Part shown: positions 36,565 to 45,618 of the stretch, piece after piece
Layout: each line of letters opens with the position of its first letter
How positions within the stretch are numbered: position 1 is the stretch's first letter
Source: Candidatus Nitrososphaera maunauluensis
Lineage (GTDB): Archaea; Thermoproteota; Nitrososphaeria; Nitrososphaerales; Nitrososphaeraceae
Assembly: GCA_041156085.1 (NCBI GenBank)
Contig: JBEVTH010000001.1
Coordinates: forward strand, 7,553-53,170
Length of the DNA: 45,618 nt
Reading direction: 5' to 3'
Notes under the pieces: model-generated
Told to the model about the DNA's origin: nothing
Databases searched by the model: none
The model's input: only the letters and a program-made list of their open reading frames with translations
Program-made: the position numbers and the translations under genes

Positions 36565-36973
36565 TTCCTTGCTTTAGTTTTTCTGAGAATGAAACCAACT
36601 TGCCATGATCCTCTATTTTTATGCTTGTGTTAATCCTAATGTTTACGCCGACAGAACGGAATAAAGCCAATAACTCACCGCCTGATATTCTTTGTTTAAT
36701 TTCGCCAGCTCCAATTAGTTCTACGATTCCATTGATTATCGATTTTGTCTGGATAGGAAATTGAGATTCTGCAAGGGTTAGAACCTCTTCTCCCCTATCA
36801 TATAAGTAGTTAGATATAATTTCTCTATTATTTTTTTTTGGTTGTAGAGATGATTCTTGATGTTGTTGTTGTTTTATTCTTGACCTTTCAAGCGCAGCTG
36901 CTTGTTCCTTTAGTGCCTTCATTTTTCGAGATTTGATAATTGCAATATCTGGATCTTCTTCTTCCTTTGACAT
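36542..36973 (-). CDS. PDCD5/TFAR19-like double-stranded-DNA-binding-domain protein
   Basis: N-terminal acidic and helical segment ..DPDIAIIKSRKMKALKEQAA.. followed by a Q-rich stretch and ..REIISNYLYDRGEEVLTLAESQFPIQTKSIINGIVELIGAGEIKQRISGGELLALF... This is collinear with the archaeal/eukaryotic dsDNA_bind (PDCD5) family. Its ATG overlaps the rtcB stop (TAATG). Confidence 0.6.
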   Translation of the reverse strand: MSKEEEDPDIAIIKSRKMKALKEQAAALERSRIKQQQHQESSLQPKKNNREIISNYLYDRGEEVLTLAESQFPIQTKSIINGIVELIGAGEIKQRISGGELLALFRSVGVNIRINTSIKIEDHGKLVSFSEKLKQGNEEKTDD

Positions 36974-38448
36974 TAACCCTTAATCACTCCAATTGGAACC
37001 AATCTTACCACTTTGGTTGCTATTCCAAGTGAATGAGAAACCTCAGCAACTGCATCTACATCCTTGTATGCATGAGGTGTTTCTTCTACCACTCCGTCCT
37101 TTGTTAATGCCTTGATATAGATGCCTTTTGATTCTAGTCCGCTTCGGACGTCTTCTACACTATAGCTCCTCTTTGCAGCTGACCTTGACATAGTTCTTCC
37201 TGCACCGTGAGCAGTAGATCCAAAACTTAAGTCAAGAGATTTTTCATTGCCTAATAGGATCCAGCTTGCAGTTCCCATAGATCCCGGTATAATTACCGGT
37301 TGACCGATATTGCGATATTTCCCTGGAATTTGATCCATTCCTGCAGGAAATGCTCTAGTAGCTCCTTTTCTATGAATAACTAGATCACGCATTCCTCCAC
37401 CCTCTACTTTATGACGTTCTACTTTAGCAATATTATGAGATACATCATAAACAAGTTTCATATCTAGTTGTTGTTCTGTCATCCCAAATACGTTTTGAAA
37501 CGTTTTTCTCGTCCAATGTGTTAGCAGCTGCCTGTTAGACCACGCAAAGTTCAAAGCACAATACATTGCCTGACGATAATCTTCGCCTTCAGAGGAATTA
37601 TTCGGTACGCATGCTAGTTCCCTATCTGCAATTTTCATACCATATTTCCTTAAAGCAATTTCTGAGATACGCAAATAATCGCTGCATACTTGATGCCCAA
37701 ATCCCCTTGATCCACAGTGAATTAAAACTGTCAATTGTCCTTCTTGATCTATACCCATAGCTTTTGCGGCTTTTTCATCGAAGATTTTGTTAACTTTTTG
37801 TACTTCAAGAAAATGATTGCCTGAACCCAAACTACCTAATTGAGGGGATCCGCGTTTTCTTGCTAAATCTGAAACACTTGTGGGATCAGCTCCAGCCATT
37901 CTTCCACCTTCTTCACAGACTTCTGCATCTTGTTTGTATCCATAGCCCTGCTCGATAGCCCATTCTACACCTTCTACAAGCAATTCATCAAACTCTGATG
38001 TACCTAGTTTGATGGTTCCTTTGCTACCAACTCCCAAAGGAATCTCTGTAAACAATTCATTTACAACATCTTTTATTCTTGACTTTATGTCTTGTTCAGT
38101 TAACGCTGTTCTGAGCAATCTTACTCCACAATTAATATCGTATCCGACTCCACCCGGGCTGATAACACCTTCTTCAAGGTCGAGTGCAGCTACTCCACCT
38201 ACTGGGAACCCATAGCCTTCGTGGCCATCGGGAAGGACTACAACATGTTTTCTCACTCCAGGGAGCGTTGAGACATTAGCCGCCTGATCAACTGTTCTAT
38301 CGGCAGCCATTTTTGAAACAAGATTATCAGTAGCATAAATTGTAACGGGCACTTTCATTCCCTTAGAGGAATCCTTCTCAATACGAAATTCAAAGTCATT
38401 AACTTTCCTAACTTTGTGGTTACCACTTTTAGTTAATAATTCACTCAT
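36973..38448 (-). CDS. rtcB: RNA 3'-phosphate ligase RtcB (tRNA-splicing ligase)
   Basis: GGVGYDINCGVR, GSGNHFLE, HCGSRGFGHQV, PGSMG and HGAGR motifs. 491 aa, no intein. Confidence 0.95.
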   Translation of the reverse strand: MSELLTKSGNHKVRKVNDFEFRIEKDSSKGMKVPVTIYATDNLVSKMAADRTVDQAANVSTLPGVRKHVVVLPDGHEGYGFPVGGVAALDLEEGVISPGGVGYDINCGVRLLRTALTEQDIKSRIKDVVNELFTEIPLGVGSKGTIKLGTSEFDELLVEGVEWAIEQGYGYKQDAEVCEEGGRMAGADPTSVSDLARKRGSPQLGSLGSGNHFLEVQKVNKIFDEKAAKAMGIDQEGQLTVLIHCGSRGFGHQVCSDYLRISEIALRKYGMKIADRELACVPNNSSEGEDYRQAMYCALNFAWSNRQLLTHWTRKTFQNVFGMTEQQLDMKLVYDVSHNIAKVERHKVEGGGMRDLVIHRKGATRAFPAGMDQIPGKYRNIGQPVIIPGSMGTASWILLGNEKSLDLSFGSTAHGAGRTMSRSAAKRSYSVEDVRSGLESKGIYIKALTKDGVVEETPHAYKDVDAVAEVSHSLGIATKVVRLVPIGVIKG

Positions 38449-38756
38449 CTTATCAAATGGTCTTGCTAGGAGTAATTATAAGCATTGCTTGATAAAGGCA
38501 ACATGAACCTTTCATTCTGATCACTTTTTTGAACTAAACTTACAGTTTCTTTTGATAGTAGATAGAGACTATCTTTTAAGCTAAACAGTAATCTAATAAC
38601 TCGTATATCTAAAGCGGCTTGTGTAAGGATTCAATCATTTAGGAGAATCCATAATACTTGAATTTTATCCATCTTAAGACTTAAGGTTGTTTATAAGCTG
38701 GAAAACATAAACCTTGACAAGGTTTATTTTTCTACGGTTTGCTGTTTGTAATAGAT

Positions 38757-40124
38757 ATGCCTATTCTACCAATTGATTCAGGACGTTATGGAAGTGAAGA
38801 AATCAAGCAAATATTCGAAGAAAAGAAACGATTGCAATATCAATTGGACTTTGAGGCTGCAGTAGCAGTAGCACAAGCCCAAATCAAGATGATTCCAATT
38901 GATGCTTCTAAGGAAATTTTGACAGAAGTAAAATCCGGCAGGATTTCTCTCCAGAGAGTTAAGGAATTAGAGGCTATAAGTGAACATGATACAGCGGCTT
39001 TAGTTGAAGCTTTAAGTGAACAGTGTTCAGATAAAGCGAAACCATGGGTCCACTATGGTCTTACAAGTAACGATGTCGTAGATACAAGTATCTCAATGCA
39101 AATGAAGGATGCATTTAATATTATTGAACCTAAAATTTCTAAATTAGCGACTATACTTACAGATAGGGCAATGGAATTTCGAAATCAACCCGCAGTTGGA
39201 AGAACACATGGACAGCATTCAAGCATTATCTCCTTTGGATTAAAATTTGCAGTATGGGGCGCGGAAATGGCAAAGCACATAGAAAGAATTGAAGAAGGAA
39301 AAAAGCGCTTTTTACTTTGTAAAACTCTAGGCGTTGTTGGAACAGGTTCTCTAATGGGAGAGAGAGTATTAGAGATTCAGGAAACAGTAGCAAAGGCTTT
39401 AGGCCTTTATGTTATTGATGCTGCCACACAGGTTATTCCTCGTGAACGATATGCAGAGATGCAGTTTTTGATTGCACTCATAGGTTCCACGCTTGATAAA
39501 ATTGCTATTGAGATTAGAAATCTGCAGAGAACAGAACTTGGTGAAGTAGCCGAACCATTCAGAAAGGATCAGATGGGAAGTAGTGCAGTTCCCGTTAAGC
39601 GCAATCCAATCAAAAGCGAGAGAGTTTCTTCTCTTGCGAAGATTCTGAGATCTATGGTTAGTGTAGCAATGGAAAATATTGCATTATGGCATGAGAGGGA
39701 TCTATCAAATTCCGCAAATGAACGCTTTATTATTCCCATGTCCGCTATCCTCTTAGATGATATGCTAAATACAATGATTAACGTCATTTTAGAACTGAAA
39801 GTGAATAAAGAAAGAATCACTTCTAACTTGGATATAACAATGGGTCAAATCTATGCAGAATTCATTCTTGAAGCATTAGTTAAGAAAGGAATTCCTAGAT
39901 TTGAAGCATATAGGAATATCCAAAGAATTGCGTTTGCTTCGCAGGAGAGGAAAGAGCATTTCTATCATGCCATAAACGAAGATCCTAATATATCCAAAAT
40001 CCTTTCGTCAATAGAACTGAAAGCCATTTTTAACGCGCAAAATCATCTTTCTGCATCATCAAAGATTATTGATCATGTTGTCAAGTTAGTAGATAATACA
40101 AAGAAGAGATTTTTTGCTCACTAA
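38757..40124 (+). CDS. purB: adenylosuccinate lyase
   Basis: Fumarate-lyase signature GSSAVPVKRNP, plus TSNDVVDT and GRTHGQH motifs. The start is moved from TTG at 38739 to the ATG at 38757 (MPILPIDSGRYGS..). tttatttt lies 34 nt upstream. Confidence 0.95.
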   Translation: MPILPIDSGRYGSEEIKQIFEEKKRLQYQLDFEAAVAVAQAQIKMIPIDASKEILTEVKSGRISLQRVKELEAISEHDTAALVEALSEQCSDKAKPWVHYGLTSNDVVDTSISMQMKDAFNIIEPKISKLATILTDRAMEFRNQPAVGRTHGQHSSIISFGLKFAVWGAEMAKHIERIEEGKKRFLLCKTLGVVGTGSLMGERVLEIQETVAKALGLYVIDAATQVIPRERYAEMQFLIALIGSTLDKIAIEIRNLQRTELGEVAEPFRKDQMGSSAVPVKRNPIKSERVSSLAKILRSMVSVAMENIALWHERDLSNSANERFIIPMSAILLDDMLNTMINVILELKVNKERITSNLDITMGQIYAEFILEALVKKGIPRFEAYRNIQRIAFASQERKEHFYHAINEDPNISKILSSIELKAIFNAQNHLSASSKIIDHVVKLVDNTKKRFFAH

Positions 40125-40696
40125 GAATACATATATCATTTTCCTTATTCTAGAGCATTCGTGCTACTCTACTAATCTTGTAACAAACTTAATTTTTGAT
40201 TCTTGGAGTTCATACAATTACGACTATAAATATAATACTATGAATGGTAGGCTTTGGAATTTGTAATGTCGATTGAAAATTTTTATTTTACAAAGTACGA
40301 AATTTCATGTATTGAATTTTATGGTCCTAGCCGTAAAAAAGCGATATTCTTGGTTCTTGGTTCTTGGTAAAGTTGATTTAAATTGTATTACTAGATTGTC
40401 ATATAACGAAGAAGTAGATATTCCACTTGATATCACAGTGGATAAGAATAGGATAAAAGCAGTTGAACGTGGTCTGCAATTAAGTTCCAAAGTTCTATTC
40501 GAGCAAGGTTTCTTTCAGAATGAATAAAATCCAACCAATGTGGCACCAAAACTTGCATAATTGGTAATATGAATGGTACTATTGTTGCACCTTCCATTAT
40601 TATCATTTATTGATTAATATCCATATTACAATAAGATTACTATATGCTCAGTTACATCCAGGGGTTGCTTAGTTCATGAACAAAGCCCTAAATAGC

Positions 40697-40945
40697 CTAT
40701 TTGACATCACCTACATTTTGTTTGTTATTTCCATCACCCTTTTTCCATATTTGTATTTGACCACCATATACCTCGTTTTCATATACAAAAGACGGTACTT
40801 GGGCGTAGTAGCCTTCCCTACCTGATTTAAAAGTCTTTGCAGCCAATGGTATTTGATGTTCTTTCCCATCAGGCATTTTGAGTATTGCAATAGCAATATT
40901 GTTTTTTGTTTTTTGTTTTTCGTTCTGATCAGATGTCAAATTCAA
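40697..40945 (-). CDS. hypothetical small protein (82 aa)
   Basis: ATG ORF. ..KTFKSGREGYYAQV......YGGQIQIW.. looks like a compact beta protein. No family assigned. Confidence 0.4.
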   Translation of the reverse strand: MNLTSDQNEKQKTKNNIAIAILKMPDGKEHQIPLAAKTFKSGREGYYAQVPSFVYENEVYGGQIQIWKKGDGNNKQNVGDVK

Positions 40946-41142
40946 CTATAATATCCTAATTCTTATTTTTAATGTTAATGGCTTTTCATTAAAATTGTAT
41001 GTGCCTTGTTACATTCCCATTTCGATTAACTACGTTATAATACATTTAATTAAATCGCATTCATGGAAATTGTTCAGCCTCATGCAAAGTAACCTTTAAT
41101 TGTGAAAAGGGATCCAGTCAATTTGGATTGAGGCTCTAGAAT

Positions 41143-42285
41143 ATGCTTTCTTTCTTTTTACTACAACTTAGCGGTATTTTCGGACCAGGAGGAGGATCTG
41201 ATTCAAATACCAATCCACTGACATACATACTCTGGTTTGCTCCCATCTTCCTTTTGATGATTTATGGTCAGAAATTTCAATCATGGATGATTCTCAGTGA
41301 TATTTCAAGATCTTTAACAAAACTAAAGACAATGAAAGAAACGGCTAGGAATGAAGCAATAGATTATGTAAAGACCTCAATTAAACCTTCAGCTGACCCC
41401 TGTGAAAAAGTTGACAAATTTCTAGAATATTTTACAATTATGCCTGTTAACCTTGATCCAAATGGTATTGTCGGAAAGTTGGATCATATAATTAGAACCA
41501 GAGATGAAAGGATTCGTTCTGAAATAAAGAGAATGGCAGAGGGAATGACTGAATCCCATGCTTCTCGTGTGGAAAATATTATAGAGGCGGCAACTGCTCT
41601 CAATATGATTTACAAGGTAGTAAGGCATTTTTATCTAATGGGCAAACAGACAACAAGCATGTTTGTAATTGTACAATTGCAAATGGTAATGCCACTTTTG
41701 TTACAAGAAGCAGAGGCATTGCAAAGTGCAATAAGTGCCTTTAAAGAGGGTCAGCCGATAGGAGACAGTATAGGTCCAATGATTGTTGGAAAAATGATGA
41801 TTGGAAAAGATAAGAAAATAATCGCACGAGAAACTGTCTATACCGAAGGCGAATATTTGAATAGAAAATTGTATCTGCTTAAAGCAGAAGGACCAGGTGG
41901 AGCAGTAGGCAAACCAGGAGAGGCAGTTCAACGACTGGTAGGAGAGATTGGATTGAAAATTGACGCTATCATAATGATAGATGCAGCATTGAAGTTGGAG
42001 GGCGAAAAAACAGGTGCTGTTGCCGAAGGCATTGGAGCTGCTATAGGTGGTATAGGAGTTGAGAAATATCAGATTGAAGAAGTTGCGACAAGATTCAATA
42101 TTCCTGTTTATGCAGTCATAGTAAAGCAGTCTATCCAAGACGCAATTACCATTATGCGAAAAGAGATTTCTGAATCATTTGAAAAGGTAAGCAGTATAGT
42201 ATTTTCTGTAATTGAAGACAAGACTTCTCTAGGTCAATCAGTCCTGATTATAGGCATTGGAAATACACTAGGAGTTGCACAATAA
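41143..42285 (+). CDS. DUF1512-family archaeal protein (N-terminal membrane anchor)
   Basis: 380 aa. Hydrophobic N-terminus with a TM helix (LTYILWFAPIFLLMIYG). The length and overall layout match my memory of the archaea-specific DUF1512 family. Also has a Gly-rich GIGAAIGGIG segment. Confidence 0.55.
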   Translation: MLSFFLLQLSGIFGPGGGSDSNTNPLTYILWFAPIFLLMIYGQKFQSWMILSDISRSLTKLKTMKETARNEAIDYVKTSIKPSADPCEKVDKFLEYFTIMPVNLDPNGIVGKLDHIIRTRDERIRSEIKRMAEGMTESHASRVENIIEAATALNMIYKVVRHFYLMGKQTTSMFVIVQLQMVMPLLLQEAEALQSAISAFKEGQPIGDSIGPMIVGKMMIGKDKKIIARETVYTEGEYLNRKLYLLKAEGPGGAVGKPGEAVQRLVGEIGLKIDAIIMIDAALKLEGEKTGAVAEGIGAAIGGIGVEKYQIEEVATRFNIPVYAVIVKQSIQDAITIMRKEISESFEKVSSIVFSVIEDKTSLGQSVLIIGIGNTLGVAQ

Positions 42286-42288
42286 TAT

Positions 42289-42519
42289 TTGTGGTTTTTT
42301 TTTGGAAGAAAAAAGAAAAAAGAAGTTCCGACCATTTATACCGTAGAAACATGCCAGAATTGTGGTGCAAAGAATAGAAGAATTTTTGAGGCAAATGATT
42401 ACATATACAAAAGAGGATCAGCACCATGCAACAAGTGCTCTGGCATTATTGTGATCACAGCAATTTATGGTGAATATCCACCAGAAAAAGAAAAGCCAAA
42501 AAATATAATAGCAATATAG
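42289..42519 (+). CDS. small zinc-ribbon protein (76 aa)
   Basis: CQNCGAKN...18 aa...CNKCSG four-Cys ribbon. TTG is the only possible start. Begins 3 nt after the DUF1512 stop. Confidence 0.5.
   Translation: MWFFFGRKKKKEVPTIYTVETCQNCGAKNRRIFEANDYIYKRGSAPCNKCSGIIVITAIYGEYPPEKEKPKNIIAI
42295..42303 (+). terminator. T9 oligo-T tract 10 nt after the DUF1512 stop (candidate archaeal terminator/attenuator)
   Basis: ttttttttt at 42295-42303. It lies inside codons 3-5 (FFF) of the downstream Zn-ribbon ORF. Confidence 0.35.
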
Positions 42520-42523
42520 AATG

Positions 42524-43417
42524 TTATGTAATGATGTTAATTAGATTCTCTGAAGGAATCAATGTATGCTCTGCTTGTGCAACCATCTTTCCATTCCCTT
42601 CAACAAGAATAGGATAAGCATGTATATTCTTTTTCTTTAGTAAAACCTCTATAAATTGACGAGCCTTTTTCTCTTCATATTTGTCTAGCATCCATCTTAG
42701 AGCAAATGGCAAAGTCTTAAATGTATTCCAAATATCTTCAAGAAATTCATCTACCTCTTTATCCTTAGTCGGTTTGCGGGAAGTTATACCAAAAATATTG
42801 CGAATCTTGCCTTCATAAACTACTCCTTGACCTTCTTTTGTTGTTACAAACGGCTCGATAGCGTATGCTTGATTAGAAACTAGGTTAAATGAGGATCCTA
42901 TTGTCCATATATTTGGTATTGATCTTCCTGCATGAATTGTGTATTGTTCTAATGAGTGACCGCTTAAGTTCTGAATAGGTTTGAACCCTTGCTTTGATAT
43001 TGAACTTTCGATCACTTTTCCAATATCACTAGCTTTAGTACTGGATTTAGCTATTCTGACTGCTTCGCTTAAGGCAATCTCAGCAGACTTCACTAGGGTT
43101 TCATATTTTGGATTATAACAAATGGTTACCGCTGTATCTGCAATATATCCTTGGACATGCACACCGATATCGATCTTGAGAACATCTGCATCATTTACCA
43201 CAATCTGGTCATTTGGCTCTGCAGTATAGTGGGCTGCTATATCATTCAAGCTAACATTAACTGGAAAGGCAGGTGCTGCTCCCCTTGTTCTAACTTCGGA
43301 TTCTATTGATTCGCAAATTTGAAACAGTGTAGATCCTATGTGGTATTTCTTTCGTGCATTTTCCCGGACTTCAGATGCTATCTTACCCGCTTGCTGGTAA
43401 CATTCAAGAAAATTCAT
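42524..43417 (-). CDS. map: methionine aminopeptidase, type 2 (archaeal)
   Basis: Pita-bread metal ligands in context: DVLKIDIGVHVQGYIAD, GHSL..Y.IH and AIEPF. 297 aa. Confidence 0.95.
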   Translation of the reverse strand: MNFLECYQQAGKIASEVRENARKKYHIGSTLFQICESIESEVRTRGAAPAFPVNVSLNDIAAHYTAEPNDQIVVNDADVLKIDIGVHVQGYIADTAVTICYNPKYETLVKSAEIALSEAVRIAKSSTKASDIGKVIESSISKQGFKPIQNLSGHSLEQYTIHAGRSIPNIWTIGSSFNLVSNQAYAIEPFVTTKEGQGVVYEGKIRNIFGITSRKPTKDKEVDEFLEDIWNTFKTLPFALRWMLDKYEEKKARQFIEVLLKKKNIHAYPILVEGNGKMVAQAEHTLIPSENLINIIT

Positions 43418-43545
43418 ACGTTAAAACTATAAACTTTGAAATGATGGCATATATAAAGGGGTATTGTTTCTAACGAAAGTTAAAATTATACTAACAAACA
43501 GTGCATTCCCTGCCAAGTAGTTTTGTTGATCATGTGGTAGAATGA

Positions 43546-43619
43546 GGGGTCGTTGTCTAGCATGGTATGATGCCAGCCTTGGGCGCTGGAGGCCGCCGGT
43601 TCAAATCCGGCCGACCCCA
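43546..43619 (+). tRNA. tRNA-Pro (anticodon UGG), no intron
   Basis: GGGGTCG acceptor pairs with CGACCCC. Anticodon loop CTTGGGC. The T-arm is identical to the Pro-CGG gene. Discriminator A. Confidence 0.9.
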
Positions 43620-43919
43620 GATAAATCATGTGTGCTATAGCATATAGTAGATTTCTTTTCCTCCAGGAAAAACAAGTACAGCTGTTCCATCAGACTATCA
43701 AGCTATAATCATATTCCGTAATGCAGATATATGATTGGTCAGTTAGTTTGGAAACTTTGTTGCAGCAGGATCTTTTGTGTGCTTGGAACTGTTCCGATCT
43801 TTAAAATATTTCCTGCATCCTTGTTTTGATAAATTCATAGAGATTGAACCGACAAAAGCATATTCTCGATAGTCAGGACATTGATCTCGAAGATCGTTGA
43901 TAATTAATATAAACAATAA

Positions 43920-44534
43920 GTGTGTGTCCTCTTAGAGGTTCGATTAGATATTAAACAAAAAGACCGTCAAAACCGTGCTAGCAAAGCTATAAGAGATAAG
44001 AAAATTAAAAGGCTGATAATGATTGGAGTGATAGCGGTAGCAGCAATAGGCATTGGTCTTGCTCTAGCATCTTCTAAAGCACTATCCGGATCTAGTGCCG
44101 CAGCATTAACAATTGATGGCATACAATGCAACAATGTGGAACAACTTGTTTTTCATAATCACGCACATTTGGATATCTTCATTAATAGCCAACCTTATAC
44201 AATCCCTTCTCAAATCGGTATTACTGACAAATGTTTTTATTGGCTGCATACACACGATGAATCCGGAGTAATCCACATAGAGTCGCCAGTAGCGAAAGAT
44301 TACACCTTAGGACAGTTCTTTGACATATGGAATAAGAAATTTAGCAATACTCAGATATTTGACAATATTGTTAATGGCAAAAGCACTTTAAATGTGTATG
44401 TTAATGGCAATAAAGTAAATCCAGCAGTAAATTATAAGGAGATAAAGCTTAATGAACACGATGAGATTGCAATAGTTTATGGTAAGCCTCCAAGTAATAT
44501 ACCTTCAGCATACAACTTCGCGAAGGGATTATAA
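43920..44534 (+). CDS. conserved membrane-anchored extracytoplasmic protein with a His/Cys-rich motif (function unknown)
   Basis: Basic N-terminus plus a TM helix (IMIGVIAVAAIGIGLALA), then C..V......HNHAHLDIFINSQPYTIPSQIGI...CFYWLHTHDESGVIHIESP....TLGQFFDIW, a motif block I recognise from uncharacterised actinobacterial and archaeal proteins. GTG start. The ATG at 44019 is an alternative. Confidence 0.55.
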   Translation: MCVLLEVRLDIKQKDRQNRASKAIRDKKIKRLIMIGVIAVAAIGIGLALASSKALSGSSAAALTIDGIQCNNVEQLVFHNHAHLDIFINSQPYTIPSQIGITDKCFYWLHTHDESGVIHIESPVAKDYTLGQFFDIWNKKFSNTQIFDNIVNGKSTLNVYVNGNKVNPAVNYKEIKLNEHDEIAIVYGKPPSNIPSAYNFAKGL

Positions 44535-44608
44535 TAATATAATCCAATAACTCATCTCAGGTTCGCTACGACGAGAGCCGTCATAGTATACATACAAACA
44601 CATTTTGT

Positions 44609-45541
44609 TTATTTAGCGAATTCTGAAAGCTCCTTTGTTAGATCGATTGTTTTGTTAATATCTTCAGATGAAGTGAAATAGCAGAATATAATGTGATCCA
44701 CTCCCATTTCTTTAATCCTTTGTATGTCATCGCCAATTTCATCAATACTTCCAGTTAACGGGAGCCTTTGACCCGTTTTGGAAGATTTAAGATTCGTTTG
44801 TGGATAAGTTAAAACAAAAACTCTAAAATTGTTATTGTTTTTATTTGCTCTGCTAACTTCATCCTTTAACATCCTTATGTTATTTTCTAGATATTCTAAC
44901 GATACCACCCCACTCCCCATAGAAGCTAGCCAGCCATTGGCATCATTTTTCACTATTCTTGAAAACATTTTGGAACTCCAGCCTCCAAGATAAATTAGAG
45001 GATAGGGCTTCTGTAGAGGTTTTGGCCCTATTTTTGAGGCTGGTATATTATAAAACTCTCCTTTGAATTCTACAACATCTTCTGTCCATATCTTTTTTAG
45101 CGCCTCGACAAACTCAAAAGCTCTTTCGCCTCTTTGCTTAAATGGAACATTGCAAATTTGATATTCATCTTTTGACCAACCTATACCAAGTCCACAAATA
45201 ACCCTCCCTTGAGAAAGAATATCAAGTGTAGCAAATCTTTTTGCCAGAATCACAGGATTGTGGAATAGCATATCTATGACAGAAGTTCCTAATTTAATCT
45301 TCTCCGTGTTTGCAGCTGCAAATGTAAGCAGATCTATTGGATCAAATACACGTTGTGCACTGACCGGCAAAATTCCATCCTGAGTTCCTCTATATGGTGT
45401 CTGTGGATTCAAAGGCCACAAAAGTCTATCTAAAACCCATAAAGAGTCAATGCCTTCTTTGTCTGCCGTCTTTGCTAATTCAATTACATTCTCTCTAGTG
45501 GCCTGTTCTCCAATCTGTGGTAGGACTATACCGACACGCAT
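44609..45541 (-). CDS. luciferase-like monooxygenase (LLM) class F420-dependent oxidoreductase
   Basis: MRVGIVLPQ..., D.LW..D.L, LGTSV, LD.LS.GR...GLG.GW..DE TIM-barrel LLM signature. 310 aa. Confidence 0.85.
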   Translation of the reverse strand: MRVGIVLPQIGEQATRENVIELAKTADKEGIDSLWVLDRLLWPLNPQTPYRGTQDGILPVSAQRVFDPIDLLTFAAANTEKIKLGTSVIDMLFHNPVILAKRFATLDILSQGRVICGLGIGWSKDEYQICNVPFKQRGERAFEFVEALKKIWTEDVVEFKGEFYNIPASKIGPKPLQKPYPLIYLGGWSSKMFSRIVKNDANGWLASMGSGVVSLEYLENNIRMLKDEVSRANKNNNNFRVFVLTYPQTNLKSSKTGQRLPLTGSIDEIGDDIQRIKEMGVDHIIFCYFTSSEDINKTIDLTKELSEFAK

Positions 45542-45618
45542 TATGATGTCTTTCCTCTAGTATATTATATTATATTATATAGAATTTCTCTGTTTTAAAA
45601 AAGTAGTTTAGAGTAATC

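Noticed and set aside
40348-40368. Heptanucleotide TTCTTGG x3 inside the 40273-40527 (+) 84-aa ORF, possibly phase-variable
   Set aside because: The host ORF is TTG-initiated, has no recognisable motif and has an implausible hydrophobic/AT-driven N-terminus, so it is probably not a gene. Three copies is marginal for slippage.
21771-43619. The two tRNA-Pro genes as attachment sites bracketing an integrated element
   Set aside because: The intervening 21.7 kb is core metabolism and translation genes. There is no integrase and no partial tRNA repeat.
45555-45585. tatattatattatattatat low-complexity run upstream of the LLM oxidoreductase
   Set aside because: It is probably just an AT-rich promoter/TATA region. 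It sits at the window edge and cannot be evaluated further.
1-45618. CRISPR arrays, transposases, integrases, prophage or defence-island gene content
   Set aside because: I saw no regularly spaced direct repeats and no ORF with transposase, integrase or known defence-system signatures. The only defence-flavoured signal is the short HEPN-like remnant at 1221-1562.

Overview
This is an AT-rich archaeal chromosomal segment. It most likely comes from an ammonia-oxidising thaumarchaeon (Nitrososphaerota). That call is an inference from several features: a thermosome, Alba, Hel308, herA-nurA, RtcB, archaeal-type AspRS and MetAP2, a membrane-anchored twin cupredoxin, a tRNA with a bulge-helix-bulge (BHB) intron, and TATA-like boxes about 30 nt upstream of several start codons, which suggests leaderless mRNAs.

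The window is mostly housekeeping: guaA, argH, purB, aspS, map, ilvE, ths, rtcB and hel308. It also carries three tRNAs: Pro-CGG, Pro-UGG and an intron-containing Gln-UUG. Intergenic gaps are long for a prokaryote.

I found no CRISPR array, transposase, integrase or obvious mobile element, and no convincing complete novel system.

The regions most worth a second look are:
1. 23.2-28.4 kb: an acetamido-sugar cluster. A fold-type-IV (BCAT-like) aminotransferase is translationally coupled to WbpB-like and WbpD-like genes. Next to it sit a motif-degenerate nucleotide-sugar dehydrogenase homologue and a DUF354 protein.
2. 36.2-38.4 kb: a tightly overlapped rtcB / PDCD5-like / orphan gene trio, with no archease in the window.
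3. 8.8-12.5 kb: herA-nurA without mre11/rad50, flanked by two apparently paralogous winged-helix (wHTH) proteins.
4. 41.1-42.5 kb: DUF1512 plus a Zn-ribbon gene, separated by a T9 tract.
5. 28.45 kb: a D-arm intron in tRNA-Gln with a self-consistent BHB fold.
6. Two decayed gene remnants: DUF899 at 16.75-17.06 kb and a HEPN-like remnant at 1.2-1.56 kb.
7. Left edge: a Cys-rich tandem-repeat ORF running in from outside the window.

All family assignments rest on motif recognition from memory and are not search results.
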